Origin: Eledone cirrhosa
Lineage: Eukaryota
Assembly (NCBI GenBank): GCA_964016885.1
Contig: OZ024746.1
Coordinates: forward strand, 28,582,001 to 28,646,000
Reading direction: 5' to 3'
DNA: 64,000 bases
Shown here: positions 13,930 through 27,919 of the stretch, in pieces
Layout of the letters: each line of letters starts with the position of its first letter
How positions within the stretch are numbered: position 1 is the first letter of the stretch
The notes under the pieces: generated by a model
What the model saw: only the letters and a program-made list of their open reading frames with translations
The model's database searches: none
What the model was told of the DNA's origin: nothing
Program-made: the position numbers and the translations under genes

Positions 13930-14134
13930 AAACAAACAGATAAAGAATTAGAACGCAATACGCCTGACCTGGTGGTTTTTGACACAGAAAAAGATATTGA
14001 TTCATTATAGATGTAGCTTACCCCTTTGACACAAGAGTGCAAGAAAAGGAAGAGAAAAGTAGCCGGTACCAGGATCTAAAAAGCTAACTGAAAAGGATTT
14101 GAGACTGTCATGTGATCAAGGTCGTCATAGGAAA

Positions 14135-14135
<1 letters not shown>
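13930..14135 (+). mobile_element. R4/Dong-like non-LTR fragment (restriction-like endonuclease domain)
   Basis: Translates to TDKELERNTPDLVVFD..IIDVAYPFDTRVQEKE..RYQDLK..LKRI..VVIG, a PD-(D/E)xK REL signature. Confidence 0.7.
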
Positions 14136-14835
<700 letters not shown>

Positions 14836-14933
14836 GAGAACAGATTAAAGTTTAAACAAATAATCGCTGCTTTCACTTTTAACGGGATTTTATTATAGAG
14901 CCCTCTTCAGACTTTAGTCTTCACATTTATTAT

Positions 14934-14967
<34 letters not shown>

Positions 14968-14972
<5 letters not shown>

Positions 14973-16928
14973 ACGAAGGAAATGTCGTAAGGAACCGGAT
15001 GGACCATAACGCACCAAAGTACTCAATACTTAGTGTAGTAGAGTGGGTAATAGGAACATGGTTCAATCCTCCCCACAACGCCGAGGTGACAACACCTATC
15101 GAGAAAATCTTCTTTAGGCTCATGGAAAAACACTTCCCACTACAACACCGCTACCACAACATAATCAACAAAAATACCATCAAACTCTCCTACAGCACCA
15201 CACCTAACTTTGCACAAAACATCGTCTCCTCTAACAACAAAAAACTCAACCCCTATGGAAGAAATAACCTAGATAGCTGTGGAGAGCCGACCAGGAGGTG
15301 TAACTGTCCTGATGGATCCATTTACCCCCTCGACAACAGATGCAGAGATCGAAATGTGATCTACCAGTGCAACGTGAGGACGGACACCTCCAACAAAGCT
15401 TATATAGGATTAACCGCTTGTGACTTCAAGACCCGGCTATACCAACATAGACATACTTTCCGGAACCCGGACCGGCGTCACGCCACTACACTTTCGGGCC
15501 TCATCTGGGAACTCAAAGATAACAATATAACCTATAATCTCACTTGGAGCTTACTGTCCAGAGCCAACTCTTACACGGGAGCACGCCGTCCGTGTAACTT
15601 ATGCTCGGAGGAAACATTACAGATGCTGTTTTCGACGGACCAACTGCTAAACAAGAAAGAAGAACTGGTAACTGCATGCAAACACAGATTGCATAGGACT
15701 TACCTCGCCCTCAAACCCCATAATGACCGGGGGTTTAGACAGGGGCTGTAACACCCCACTTCCCGACTTTGTAATGGGTAACCCCTGCTTACAAAGGTAG
15801 ACGTAAGATTTTCTTATATATTTTTTATCGTTTCCTCTATATTTCCTTCTTCCCCCATCCCTTCCTAGTCCTTCCACCCCAATTCTCCTTCTTTGTCGTC
15901 GTCCTTTTCACCTTCTCGCCCACCCGGAGGCAGCCCTTCGGTCCTCGGTAGCCTCAGTACCCCCACCCCCACCCCCTATTCTATGATAGAATTGGCCGAC
16001 TCCGCTTTTTATAGCAGATCTGCTAGACCCCAGATATTTGCTTTCTTATCTGATTGCTGCCCCATTTCCGTGATTTCCAGTTTTCTTAGTGGTATCTCTG
16101 CTTTAGTTTCTCGTATATCAGTATTTTTTTTTTTTTTTTTTCGTATTAAATTTTTCATATATATCGAACGAGCATTTATGTAGTTTGTATTAGAATGTAT
16201 GTATTATAGCGGTACTCTTATATATCGTATTAGTATTCATTTTCGGGATTCTGAATTAATATTTCTTATTAGTTTCGGGACTCTGAATTATTATTTCGTA
16301 TTAGTTTTTTTTAGTATTTTGGCCCCCTACTTGTTGACCTGTCATTGTAAGATAGATTTGGCCGATTACTACTAACTCATAAAATTCTTTCACTACAATC
16401 TCGTATTTAGTATTCCGTCCCACCTATTAAACTTGTCTATAGTTTAGCAGTACCAGTGAGAGATTTGATGATTGTGGTAGGGGAATAGTAACCAGAAAAT
16501 GTTTTTTTTAATATTTTTAACATTCTTATTTGTCTATATATTTACTCCATATAGATTTACTTATTGTTTCGACTTCCTCCCCCTCCCCCTCTCTAGTATA
16601 CTTCTCTTGACCTCTTATCCTTAGGATTCTGCTGTAGTTGTCACTTTCAACGCTACGACTGGGTTTCCTCCACTCCCTCTCCCTCTTTCTTCTACTGGCA
16701 AGTTCAGCTACCCCTTCCTTCCACAAAATGCCATGATAGAATTATGTGTCTCAACAACAAACTTTTGATCAATCCTTATGACAATCACTTTTACCATATA
16801 TGGAATTACCCCCTGAGAAGCTCGGTTATTCATTTACCAGGATAAAAGTGTTCATTTAGTCCAGAATTAGCCGTCGAAACGGCTTGAGCTCAGCCGTCTT
16901 TATTTTTGGGGTCCTACTCGTTCCTATA
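14968..16928 (+). mobile_element. 5'-truncated Penelope-like element (PLE1, Naiad-type) in (TA)n, with an inverted 3' tail at its left end
   Basis: GIY-YIG ORF, long 3' UTR and HHR remnant at 16808-16912. 14968-15058 is the reverse complement of the tail seen at 26315-26400. Confidence 0.85.
15059..15751 (+). CDS. PLE RT-thumb plus Cys-rich linker plus GIY-YIG endonuclease (C-terminal part, still open)
   Basis: WFNPP, CNC....YPL...C, VIYQCNV..YIGLT..FKTRLYQH, CNLCSEE, LLNKKEELVTACKH. The first 20 aa of the supplied ORF come from the inverted tail. Confidence 0.85.
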   Translation, partial: WFNPPHNAEVTTPIEKIFFRLMEKHFPLQHRYHNIINKNTIKLSYSTTPNFAQNIVSSNNKKLNPYGRNNLDSCGEPTRRCNCPDGSIYPLDNRCRDRNVIYQCNVRTDTSNKAYIGLTACDFKTRLYQHRHTFRNPDRRHATTLSGLIWELKDNNITYNLTWSLLSRANSYTGARRPCNLCSEETLQMLFSTDQLLNKKEELVTACKHRLHRTYLALKPHNDRGFRQGL

Positions 16929-17156
16929 TATATATATATATATATAGTTATGTAATAAACAACATAAGGTAATTATTTCATTTACTACATTTATTATATA
17001 ACTATTAAGCTCTGTAACCTACATAGAGCACTCTTTTTTCCTGGAACTTTCCGACGGAATTACTTCATTTATATATACGCATGTATATATAATTTTCTGT
17101 GCTAGACAAATTATTTCCAACACGCATACATCTCTCCTTCTCTCGCGTTCTCTCTC

Positions 17157-17302
<146 letters not shown>

Positions 17303-17318
17303 GTATATATATAAATAA

Positions 17319-17367
<49 letters not shown>

Positions 17368-18503
17368 GAAAATTATCACCTGTCAGTGTTATTTTTTTCC
17401 CTTTTCCTATTGTCGAAACGACTAAATAAGAGAATAGGACATGTTATCGCTGAGATATCACTGTTTGTGTAATTCCTTTCTAATAATTCCTGCTTCAGGT
17501 CACCTGTAAGGTTGTAGAGAGATAATAATAACGAAATATACTGCTCAAACGCCTCTCATTCCACGCAAGTGAATAGCTTAGCTTGCGGATATTATTGATT
17601 CCATTTGACATATTTCTTGAGAAAATTCCAAATAGTTTGTCCAGGAAATTTCTCAAAATAGCACACTGGCACCATAAAGTAATACGATGATGATCATGTG
17701 ATAAGTCTTTTGTTTTGACTCGTGGAGTAATATGGGATCGTTCCCATAACAGTTTTTGTTTCCTCTCTCTCTTATCTTTCTATGTAGTTGGAAATCCTAT
17801 TTGCATTTAGATGAAATAATCCACTTACCTCAGTCCACTATGTATGTATGTATGTATGTATGTATGTATGTATGTATGTATGTATGTATGTATGTATGTA
17901 TGTATGTATGTATGTATGTATGTATGCATGTATGTTATCTCTTTCTCTTAATTTCTAGTATATTTTTTTTTGACCGGCCACCTTCCTGGTGGCAAGGTTG
18001 TAAAAGAAAAGAAATTGTCATCCCTTGAATCGCAAGAATGTTTTGCAAATTTTGAAGGTGCCAGCTATCGCGGCCATTTATAAACTATGAATTAGGGAGC
18101 TGCGCTTTTTGTCCGCAAATCCAAGTTCAGTCATACTTTAGTCATGTATGTATGTATGTATGTATGTATGTATGTATGTATGTATGTATGTATGTATGTA
18201 TGTATGTATGCATGTATATATATATATGTATGTATGTATATGTATGTATGCGTGTATATATTTATGCATGTTTGTTTGTTTGTGTGCATGTATATATGGA
18301 TGCATGTATATATGTATGTATACATGTATATGTATGTATACATGTATGTATGTATGTATATGTGTGTATGTATGTATATGTGTGCATGTTTGTTTGTATG
18401 TGTGCATGTATGTATGTGCACCTATGTATTTTTGAATGTATGTGTGTATATATATATGCATTCATGCATGTGTGTATCTATAAATTAATATATTATGTGT
18501 GTG

Positions 18504-18545
<42 letters not shown>

Positions 18546-18621
18546 GCGTGTGCGCGTGGGTATGTATGTGTATATATATATATATATATATGAATAGATA
18601 TAAATAAATAAATAAATAAAT

Positions 18622-18709
<88 letters not shown>

Positions 18710-18902
18710 GTTAAAAATGTACATCCATATATGTATACTGAAATACTAGTATGCATATGAATACACACACGTATACATATGTAGATGTACCAAGTCTTTC
18801 ACTGGTTACTTTACTGTGAGTATCCAGCTATTCTGTATGTAAACACACAGACAAACCGGTTTTTAGAGTCATACTGGTTTTTGAGGAAACACCTTTCCTC
18901 TA

Positions 18903-18996
18903 TTCTCCAGAAAGCCAGACAAGGAATATTGAACTAGTTTCGTTGTTGTTACAACTCATCAGCAATATTTACCTATCTACCGGCCTTTCTGGAGAA
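18903..18996 (-). ncRNA. Type I minimal hammerhead ribozyme with long stem I
   Basis: Minus strand: AATATTG-CTGATGA-GTTG(TAACAA)CAAC-GAAA-CTAG-TT-CAATATT, closed by TTCTCCAGAAAG/CTTTCTGGAGAA. Palindromic stem III, GUU triplet. Confidence 0.85.
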
Positions 18997-19120
18997 TCGT
19001 AAAAGCACATATCGTTATATGCTTTTTCTATGAAAATTAGTAGTGGGCAGACCAATTTGCATAGAGTGTGAGTACGTACCGGTTCAACGGAGACGATATA
19101 TATATATATATATATATATT

Positions 19121-19450
19121 AAGATGAAATCGAAAATGCAACTGGAGTCTTATTTAAAAAAAATATATATATTTATTTGGTTCCTTTACCGGTTTCGCAG
19201 TTCTTCTGCTTTTCAAAAGTAGAGTTGAGATGGAGGGTCTGTGGTTTTTCTCACAGACCCTCCATCTCAACTCTACTTTTGAAAAGCAGAAGAACTGCGA
19301 AACCGGTAAAGGAACCAAATAAATATATATATATTTTTTTAAATAAGACTCCAGTTGCATTTTCGATTTCATCTTTTTTCTTTATACTTTCACTCGTGTA
19401 GGACACCTCGGTTATTTTTCATTTTGTAAAAAAAAACTCACTTTCTAATA
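19121..19450. mobile_element. Family B fold-back element: ~123-bp near-perfect palindrome plus 75-nt tail, in (TA)n
   Basis: Arms 19121-19243 and 19252-19375 with an 8-nt loop. Each arm has an HHR-like TTGAAAA-GCAG..CTGC-GAAA-CCGG-TA. Confidence 0.9.
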
Positions 19451-19457
19451 TATATAC

Positions 19458-19552
<95 letters not shown>

Positions 19553-20194
19553 TATATAGTTAAAGAAAGAAGAGTAACATGGTTGGCTGTACAATAAGGG
19601 CGTTATTCAAAGCGCTGACAATTGTTTCGTTGATCTGGTGCGTCTAGAGTTCGCTAATCGCTTGATGTTGCGTTAATCGATCTCCAATACGTTTTTTACA
19701 ACCAGTCAACACATCAGAGCAAGTGGATATGAAAATAATACGCAAGGCATGGCTTTTATAGAGAGTGGCGTTAAACCAAAACAATAACATCTGTTACAAA
19801 ATAGCTAAATAACGAATAATTAAAACAATAACATCACTAATAAAACACGCATGGAAAATAAACAGAGAAGATACAGATGTATGAAATGATATATAAAATC
19901 TAAGATAGGGTACATTAAAAGTAGTAGTAATATTAAGGGAATGAGGAAAAGTAAAAGATAAAGGAATAAAATAATAAAATGTACTTAGAGTCAGATGTTA
20001 GAATCTCTACTGTAAGTGCAATTATGAGAGATTTAGATACAAATGAGCTGTTTGTCTGATAAATGAAAGACAATAAAACGGAGATTATTTTATGGTTTGA
20101 CAGATAAATGCTTGTAGTAGGTATTTTGCCTGTTGTACTATCTTAGTTAGATTGATGGAGGGAGTGTATAGCTTGATCTTATGAACATGATAAG

Positions 20195-22355
20195 TGGAAC
20201 TAAATTCAAAAAGCGGACACATCACAACAAATTAAAAAACGACATCAATACACTACTAAAAAACTACGCAGCACTAACGGCATCATAGTAAAAGCAAACA
20301 AAACATCAAACGTATATACCATGAGCCTTAATACATACAATAATTTCATACGACGTGAATTGCACAAAAAGTACAAAAAAACACAAAAAGTACAAAAAAA
20401 CATCTGAATCTGCACTCACTAGCATTAATAAGGAAGGACTAAGCGTAGTAAAAAAACTGAAAATATCCGATAGAACCGAGCCTCTAACCCCATGTTACCC
20501 TACATTTAACCTTAAGGATCACAAAAATAATTTTGAAACAAACCCTACAATTAGATTATTATGCCCATCTAAGTCAGATATCGGTTAAATTAGCAAATAT
20601 ATTCTAGATAGGGTAATGGCACAAGTTAGGGCAAACTAGTAATCAACCTATGGGTAACACTAACGAAGCAATAGAATCGTTCAGTAAAATAAGAAACAGA
20701 GAAACATACAACTTCATACAATTCGATATAAATGACTACTACTCTTCTATTTCCCCAGTCACCCTAGATAAAGCGCTAACCTTTGCCCAAAATAATTCCG
20801 ACCTTACCTCAGACGAAATTAAAATAATACTAGTTGCTAGAAAGACTATCATAAAATTGGAAAATAGCTACTGGGAAAGAAAAAATAGACAGAATAGCTT
20901 CGATATCACAATGGTATCGAACGACTCAGCGCAAATAACGGACGCTGTAGGGATATTTATAGCGCACAACTTACATAAAGAATACCATAACCTCCAAGGA
21001 GGAATTTATAGAGACGATACGCTCCTTATAGCTAAGAACTTAAATAATCAGAACATGGAAAGATTACGAAAAAAACATTAGAATATTCTTAAAAAAACTA
21101 AACCTAGATATCACTTTCGAACTTAATTTTAAAAAAGCAAATTTCTTAGATGTAGCTCTAAACCTAAACACAAGATTAATAGAACTCTTCCATAAAAATA
21201 ATGAAAAGCTAGCCTACATTATTTACAACTAAAACCACCCCTGATCCATAATTAACTCCATAGCACATAGTATATCCCTCAGAATATCCCGCCTATCTTC
21301 AAACTTGGAAATTTTTAATGAACATGCTAACTATCATAACACAGCATTACATAAGGCTGGACATAAAGAAAAGCTGCAATACATAAGAGATAGGGACAAC
21401 ATCAACAAACCTGATAACACCAACACTAGCCGCTCATACAGAAATAAAAAGCATAGGACTAAGCATAGAACTAGAAAACTAGCACCAATAATAGAACAGA
21501 GCACTAGAAATAGAAACCCCCAAAACTATAGAAGAACCAGAGAAAGAAAGTAACTATGGTTCAATCCGATTTTCAACTCATCTATAAAAACTAAAGTACC
21601 TTCTACGTTTTTTTAAACTAATAGATAAACACTTCCCTACACTACATAGATACCATAAAATCTTCAATAGAAAAACTATAAAACTTTCATGCTCTACTGC
21701 AGCCAACATAGAATCGCACATACGTAAGATCAACCACAAAAATATCTCTAAGGAAATTACCCCACCAACGCGCACAATAACACCAAATACAAAACACAAA
21801 CACATAGCAACATCACAACCACAAACGCATCAGAACACACCACAACAAAACATCAATAGGCCTAAATCACAACCCACACACAACTTACAAAACCGCAACG
21901 AGGAAACTGCACATAATAATACTTCAAACTGCAATTGCCACCTACCAGATAAGTGCCCGCTCCGGAATAGATGCCTGGATTCTAGCTTGGTGTACCTGTG
22001 TACTGTAAATTCAGGCAATTCCACGTGGCACTACATAGGATCCACAGCGGGGGAATTAAAAAAAAGGTGGTACGTCAACAGACACTCCATGAGGAACCGT
22101 GCACTGTAGAATTCTACAATGCTCGCCAATAAGATCTGACAGCTTAAGGACGAAAATCTAGAATACAAAATTAGCTGGTCGAAATTAGCGGCAGCAAAAT
22201 CCTATAGCAACGGTATGTCCCACTGCGGGCTCTGTAATTTGGAACTGCTACATATCTTAAGGTACGATAGGATGCTGCTTAACAGCAAAATAGAAAGATC
22301 GATTTTCTGCAGACATAAGATTGCTACTAGATTTACGAAATTTAAACCACCGTGA
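20195..22355 (+). pseudogene. PLE2 reverse transcriptase and GIY-YIG endonuclease, with stops and frameshifts
   Basis: LKDHKNNF..NPTIRLLCPSKSDIG, FIQFDINDYYSSI, GGIYRDD, NFLDV, WFNP, CNCHLPDKCPLRNRC (CxCx5Cx5C), LVYLC..HYIGST, CGLC..LLN..FCRH..KPP*. Confidence 0.9.
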
Positions 22356-22952
22356 TTTACTGTTGTTCATTATTTCGGACCACACAATTGTGTCTACATA
22401 TCTCATATTAGCACCTACGAACACTTATCGACGAACTTAATTCTAAGTACATTATCTTATTAAATTTATACTCCTTTGTATCTCTTATTTTCTTCTTATT
22501 TTTATTATCATTTCAATGTACCCTATCCTTGATTTTAATCGCCACGTTCTCTATCTATTTACCATGCATGTTTTATTATTAATGTTATTGTTTTAATTAT
22601 ACGCTATTTTGTTATTTATGTTACGAAACTTAAACCTCCATGATTCGAACCAGCAATCTCAAAATTAGGACTGAACCACCTAAACCTTAACATACTGAAT
22701 CCATAATTTCACTATCAGCTACCATAGAACCATAAATATCTATACACTCCCTCCATCAATCTCACTAAGATTGTTCAACAGGCAAAATACCTACCACAAG
22801 CATTTATCTGTCAAACCATAAATTAATCTCCGTTTTATTGTCGTTCATTTATCAGACCCACAGCTCATTTGTATCTAAATCTCTCATAATTGCACTTACA
22901 GTAGAGATTCTAAAATCTGACTCTAAGTACATTTTATTATTTTATTCCTTTA

Positions 22953-23135
22953 ATGGTGGATTGGCAGTATCAGTAGAGGGTCGGACGCCATGCTTTCCAG
23001 CATAGTTACGTCCCTTTACGAACTGAGTTGAAATCCCGCCGAGGATGGCTTTGCCTTTCATCCTTACGGGGTCGATAAAATAAAGTACCAGTAATGCACT
23101 GGTTAATTGCTGGCTTTGTGCCTAAAGTAGAAAAA
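22953..23135 (+). mobile_element. tRNA-derived SINE inserted in one PLE2 pLTR arm
   Basis: A/B-box-like head (TGGCAGTATC..GAGTTGAAATCC) and 17-bp TSD ATTATTTTATTCCTTTA. Absent from the other arm. Confidence 0.9.
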
Positions 23136-23350
23136 ATTATTTTATTCCTTTATCTTTTACTTTTCCTCATTCCCTTAATATTACTACTACTTTTAATGTA
23201 CCCTATCTTAGATTTTACATATCACTTCATACATCTGTATCTTTTCTGTTTATTTACCATGCGTGTTTTATTATTGATGTTATTATTTTAATTATTCGCT
23301 ATTTAGCTATTTTGTTACTGATGTTATTGTTTTGGTTTAACGCCACTCCT

Positions 23351-23510
23351 CTATAAAAGCCATGCCTTGCGTATTATTTTCATATCCACTTGCTCTGATG
23401 TGTTGACTGGTTGAAAACAACGTATTGGAGATCGATTGACGCAGCATCAAGCGATTAGCGAACTCTAGACGCACCAGATCAACGAAATAATTGTCAGCAC
23501 TTTGAATAAA
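23351..23510 (+). ncRNA. PLE2 pLTR core: TATA box, HHR with 82-nt expanded stem II, AATAAA (mirror copy 19600-19760 on the minus strand)
   Basis: TATAAAAG at 23352; TGCT-CTGATGT-GTTGACTGG...CCAGATCAAC-GAAA-(C/T)AATTG-TC-AGCA; AATAAA at 23505. Confidence 0.7.
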
Positions 23511-24364
23511 GCCCTTATTGTACAGCCAACCATGTTACTCTTCTTTCTTGAACTATTATTACTCCAAGTATAACCTGCATAGAAATTACCGCGAACTCAC
23601 TGCATCACTATGGAAGCAACTTGTCGAGTCAAACTAAGCCGTACGTTAAAACCATCCACAACACGGAGTACTCTAACTGGACTACCTCTAATAGGATCAC
23701 CTATAACGATAACTTGTTATCCCATATATATATATATAATAAGAGATTAGTGGGATTAGCATAAGGTTTCCCTGCTAGTAAGGTTTGCATGTCAGCGTAC
23801 TCAATATGTAAGGTTATGCATTTCTGTATGTGTATGCCTTCTATATTCCGAATTATACGAGTTTCTCACCTGTTGTTTGGTTAACGTGAGATATTTCAAT
23901 TGGGATGTATCCTTGTTAACGTACTGCTCTATATTGTCAATGAAATATCTTTAATTGAGCACCACTCGTGTGAATTTCTGGTTAAGAAGTTCTCTTCATA
24001 ACCTCGTGTTTTCGGGTTTGGTCACAATGCTGCGTGGTGTCTTGAGCAATTGTATTCTATTATAGCCTCGGAGTGAACAATGTCTTTGAAGGTGAATTTG
24101 GTAAGCAGAGACTGTGTTGTAGCCCGTTGTAACAACTAATGTCTAATCACAAACCCCTTGACATAAACCGTGCGACCAAACGAACACTGGGAAACAGATG
24201 TCAGATCATAAACCAAACGACTAGCAGGACAGAAGGCGACATACGTCCGACAAGTCTAGTATTTGTTTAGATTTTACCTGCCACCAACGATCAACTAGAC
24301 ACAGGGAGATTTCTTCGTCTTCTTCTTGAAGAATATTCAGCTAGAATTACGTTCATTATTTCTG

Positions 24365-24543
24365 TGGATTGGCAGTATCGGTAGAGGGTCGGACGCCATG
24401 CTTTCCAGCATAGTTACGTCCCTTTACGATCTGAGTTCAAATCCCGCCGAGGTTGTCTTTGCCTTTCATCCTTACGGGGTCGATAAAATAAAGTACCAGT
24501 AATGCACTGGATAATTGCTGGCCTTGTGCCTAAAGTAGAAACA
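24365..24543 (+). mobile_element. tRNA-derived SINE
   Basis: Family consensus match with 12-bp TSD ATTATTTCTGTG. Confidence 0.9.
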
Positions 24544-24800
24544 ATTATTTCTGTGTATTTAAGATGTGACTATAATTGCTCCCCCAATGATATAGACATG
24601 TCTCCAGTGCAATACGAATATTAATGGTTGATTTTATAATATTTACAGGCGTAATTCATTTTTTTTACTAGCCTAATAAACTCAGCGCCAAATCCAGACT
24701 CCTAAAATAACTTGAATATTTATAAAATTTCATTATTTATTTATAATTCTGGCCTTGTGCCAAAAGTAGAAACAATTATTTATATATAATTAAAAATATA

Positions 24801-25151
24801 TTAACCCTTTTGATGCTAAACCAAATGTAGACGCCCCTCATCATTTGATATTAAGATGCATATTTAGAATGTTTCTAAAACCCTCCTTCATATTTTTTAA
24901 GTAAGAAACTTTGTTAAAACATATTCCAACAAATTCCGACTTATTAATGACAACGTTATATTACAAAGGTTAACTTTGCCTTTCATCCTTACGGGGTCGA
25001 TAAAATAAAGTACCAGTAATTCACTTAGTAATTGGTGGCCTTGTGCCAAAAGTAGAAACAGTTATATTGCTCGATCACTCAAAATTCTTGATTATTTTCC
25101 AAATTATTTGAAAATCGTCATTCTTTAGAAATGGAAAACTAAAGAGTTTAA
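24801..25151. mobile_element. Possible piggyBac-type MITE remnant containing a 5'-truncated SINE (24966-25065)
   Basis: Left end TTAA-CCCTTT; degenerate right end AAAGAGT-TTAA. Confidence 0.35.
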
Positions 25152-25466
25152 TCTGAATATACCCAGATGGCACAATGTGTTATTTTAATGCTGGAACAAA
25201 CTAAAAAGTCTGAATAACTTCATAGATAGATCAATGGTGGATGACTAAAAGCTGTTTTTTAACCCTTGTAAATGACCTTCTCAATTGTCTAATTATATAT
25301 GCCCCCTCCTTACTCGAACGACACCACACAACCTTTCATATCATGACTCCCGTATCGATATCAATCAGTAATTCTGAAAACCAAAATATTTACTTATCGA
25401 TATTCCGTTTCTTTTTATACTGAACTCTAATACTGTATGTATGTGTGTATAAATGTATGTATACAG

Positions 25467-25518
<52 letters not shown>

Positions 25519-25553
25519 ATATTTATGTGTGTATGTGTGTGTGTGTATATATA

Positions 25554-25678
<125 letters not shown>

Positions 25679-26050
25679 TGAGAGGGGGAGAGAGAGAGAG
25701 AAACAGATAGTGGGGAGGTGAGACTGAGTAGTCTTAAAAATAACTTTGCCACAATATAGATGTATTAATGTTATTACCTCTCATCTACCATCCACAACTT
25801 TCCTTTCTCTGATTATTCTATTGATTACATACACTGTTATTTTTAACTTCTTTTTTGTTGGGTTGCTTATCGGAGTTACTTTACACAGTTTTTTCTTTGT
25901 TTTACTTTGGTATATGTCAGTATGTATATTTTTACATCATGACTTAAATCAACCTGGGCTTCCTTACAAACTCTTAGCTAAGTATTTGATTTCTTTCTCC
26001 GGGATTGAATTTATATTAACACTACTCTTTACCTATCCTTCATTTTCTCC

Positions 26051-26106
<56 letters not shown>

Positions 26107-26169
26107 ATATATATATAGAGAGAGAGAAAGAGAGAGGCAGAGAGGGACACACACACACACACTCTCTCT

Positions 26170-26233
<64 letters not shown>

Positions 26234-26237
<4 letters not shown>

Positions 26238-26397
26238 AACAAGTAAGACCCCGACGGCTGAGCTCAAGCCGTTTCGACGGCTAATTCTGGACCCAGTCGT
26301 CGGGGTCTTACTTGTTCTTATTACCCACTCTACTACCCTAAGTATTGAGTACTTTGGTGCGTTATGGTCCACCTGGTTCCTTACCACATTTCCTTCG

Positions 26398-26400
<3 letters not shown>
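26234..26400. mobile_element. Miniature fold-back derivative of PLE1 with an HHR motif, in (TA)n
   Basis: Minus strand: GACCC-CGACGA..GTC-GAAA-CGGCT(TGAGCTC)AGCCG-TC-GGGGTC, matching 16859-16925. The right part is the PLE1 tail. Confidence 0.85.
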
Positions 26401-26450
<50 letters not shown>

Positions 26451-27176
26451 GTGTGTGTGTTAAATTAAATATTCTTTGTTTTATATATATATATATTATT
26501 AGATGGGATCGTTATTTTCAATAATCAATGTCGTTACTGATAAAAACCGAAAATAGGAAAAAAGGAAAGACAACTATTCTTGTGTTTACATCGTACAAAA
26601 GATGTCCAATAATTCTGATTAAAGAAATATATAATATACAATTTAACATTATATACACGTTCACACAATTGTTCTCCCATCTAAATTTCCAATAATAGTT
26701 CTTAAACTAAATGGATGATGGAACGAGTGTCGAAGGGTGTTCTTTCTTTATCAACGCTGTTGCCTTTTACCCGCTTGCCGAGTACATTTGAGATACACAA
26801 GGCCAAATTGTAAGTTTGTTTCTTAAGATTGGATGATGACGCACGTGTAGCTGGCTGATCTCCGTGCAAATGCATTACAGTGTAAGCGTTATTTACTGTT
26901 TGGGTGACTGAACCCAGACGTAGTTTATCTAAGAAAAAATTTGTTATCCGTTCTTTCATCTTCTCAATCTCTATCTTTCTATTTCATCTTTTATTTCTTC
27001 TCACACTGCCTCCTGATAAAAGGAGTTATGTCCGAAACGTAAAAACTGTTCCTACTATATCAAGCGTTAAACTATTATGTTACGACATTGCACTGTGTTG
27101 CTTGCTTCGTTGTTTTCGCTTATCTTTTGCATATATATAAATACATATATACATATATATATTACTTACACACATA

Positions 27177-27265
<89 letters not shown>

Positions 27266-27315
27266 GTGTGTAAGTGATCTGTGGTCTTCGGGTCGTCTTA
27301 CTTCATATATATGTA

Positions 27316-27348
<33 letters not shown>

Positions 27349-27380
27349 ACATATATATATATAATATATATATATATTAT

Positions 27381-27412
<32 letters not shown>

Positions 27413-27416
27413 ATAT

Positions 27417-27461
<45 letters not shown>

Positions 27462-27471
27462 TATATATAAT

Positions 27472-27504
<33 letters not shown>

Positions 27505-27521
27505 ATATATATATATATAAT

Positions 27522-27635
<114 letters not shown>

Positions 27636-27862
27636 TATATATATAAGATCAAAAGATGGTTAAAAGAGTCCCATGTATTTTATTATGCGCATTTAAAAAC
27701 AAATATCATCATGCAATACTATTTGTGTTTTCATCAGATAAAATAGGAAGACATGATATGAAGGTTAAAAAAAACACTTGTGGATAGTGCAGTTTTAAAT
27801 CAACATATCTGCATATCCGATATCTGCATTGCTTTATTGTACTACAATAAAACTCACCTCCT

Positions 27863-27919
<57 letters not shown>

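Larger units (their letters stand above)
19557..23725 (+). mobile_element. Penelope-like element PLE2 (Naiad-type): inverted pLTR, truncated degraded ORF, pLTR and tail; in (TA)n
   Basis: A ~610-bp inverted repeat (19557-20170 against 22741-23554, the latter split by a SINE) flanks the RT/GIY-YIG pseudo-ORF. Confidence 0.9.

Noticed and set aside
17540-18130. Very old LINE RT traces on the minus strand (KTYH..LLYGAS)
   Set aside because: Too degenerate to delimit or classify with confidence.
19121-19375. Palindromes as DNA-transposon MITEs or miRNA precursors
   Set aside because: The arms are asymmetric with variable centres, contain HHR motifs and share ends with PLEs, so retro-origin fits better. 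Small-RNA production cannot be judged from sequence.
21915-22355. Selenocysteine-coding (UGA) Naiad hypothesis
   Set aside because: Conserved Cys positions in PLE1 and PLE2 are TGC/TGT or missense. The in-frame TGA near 22137 falls at a Trp position in an already degraded ORF.
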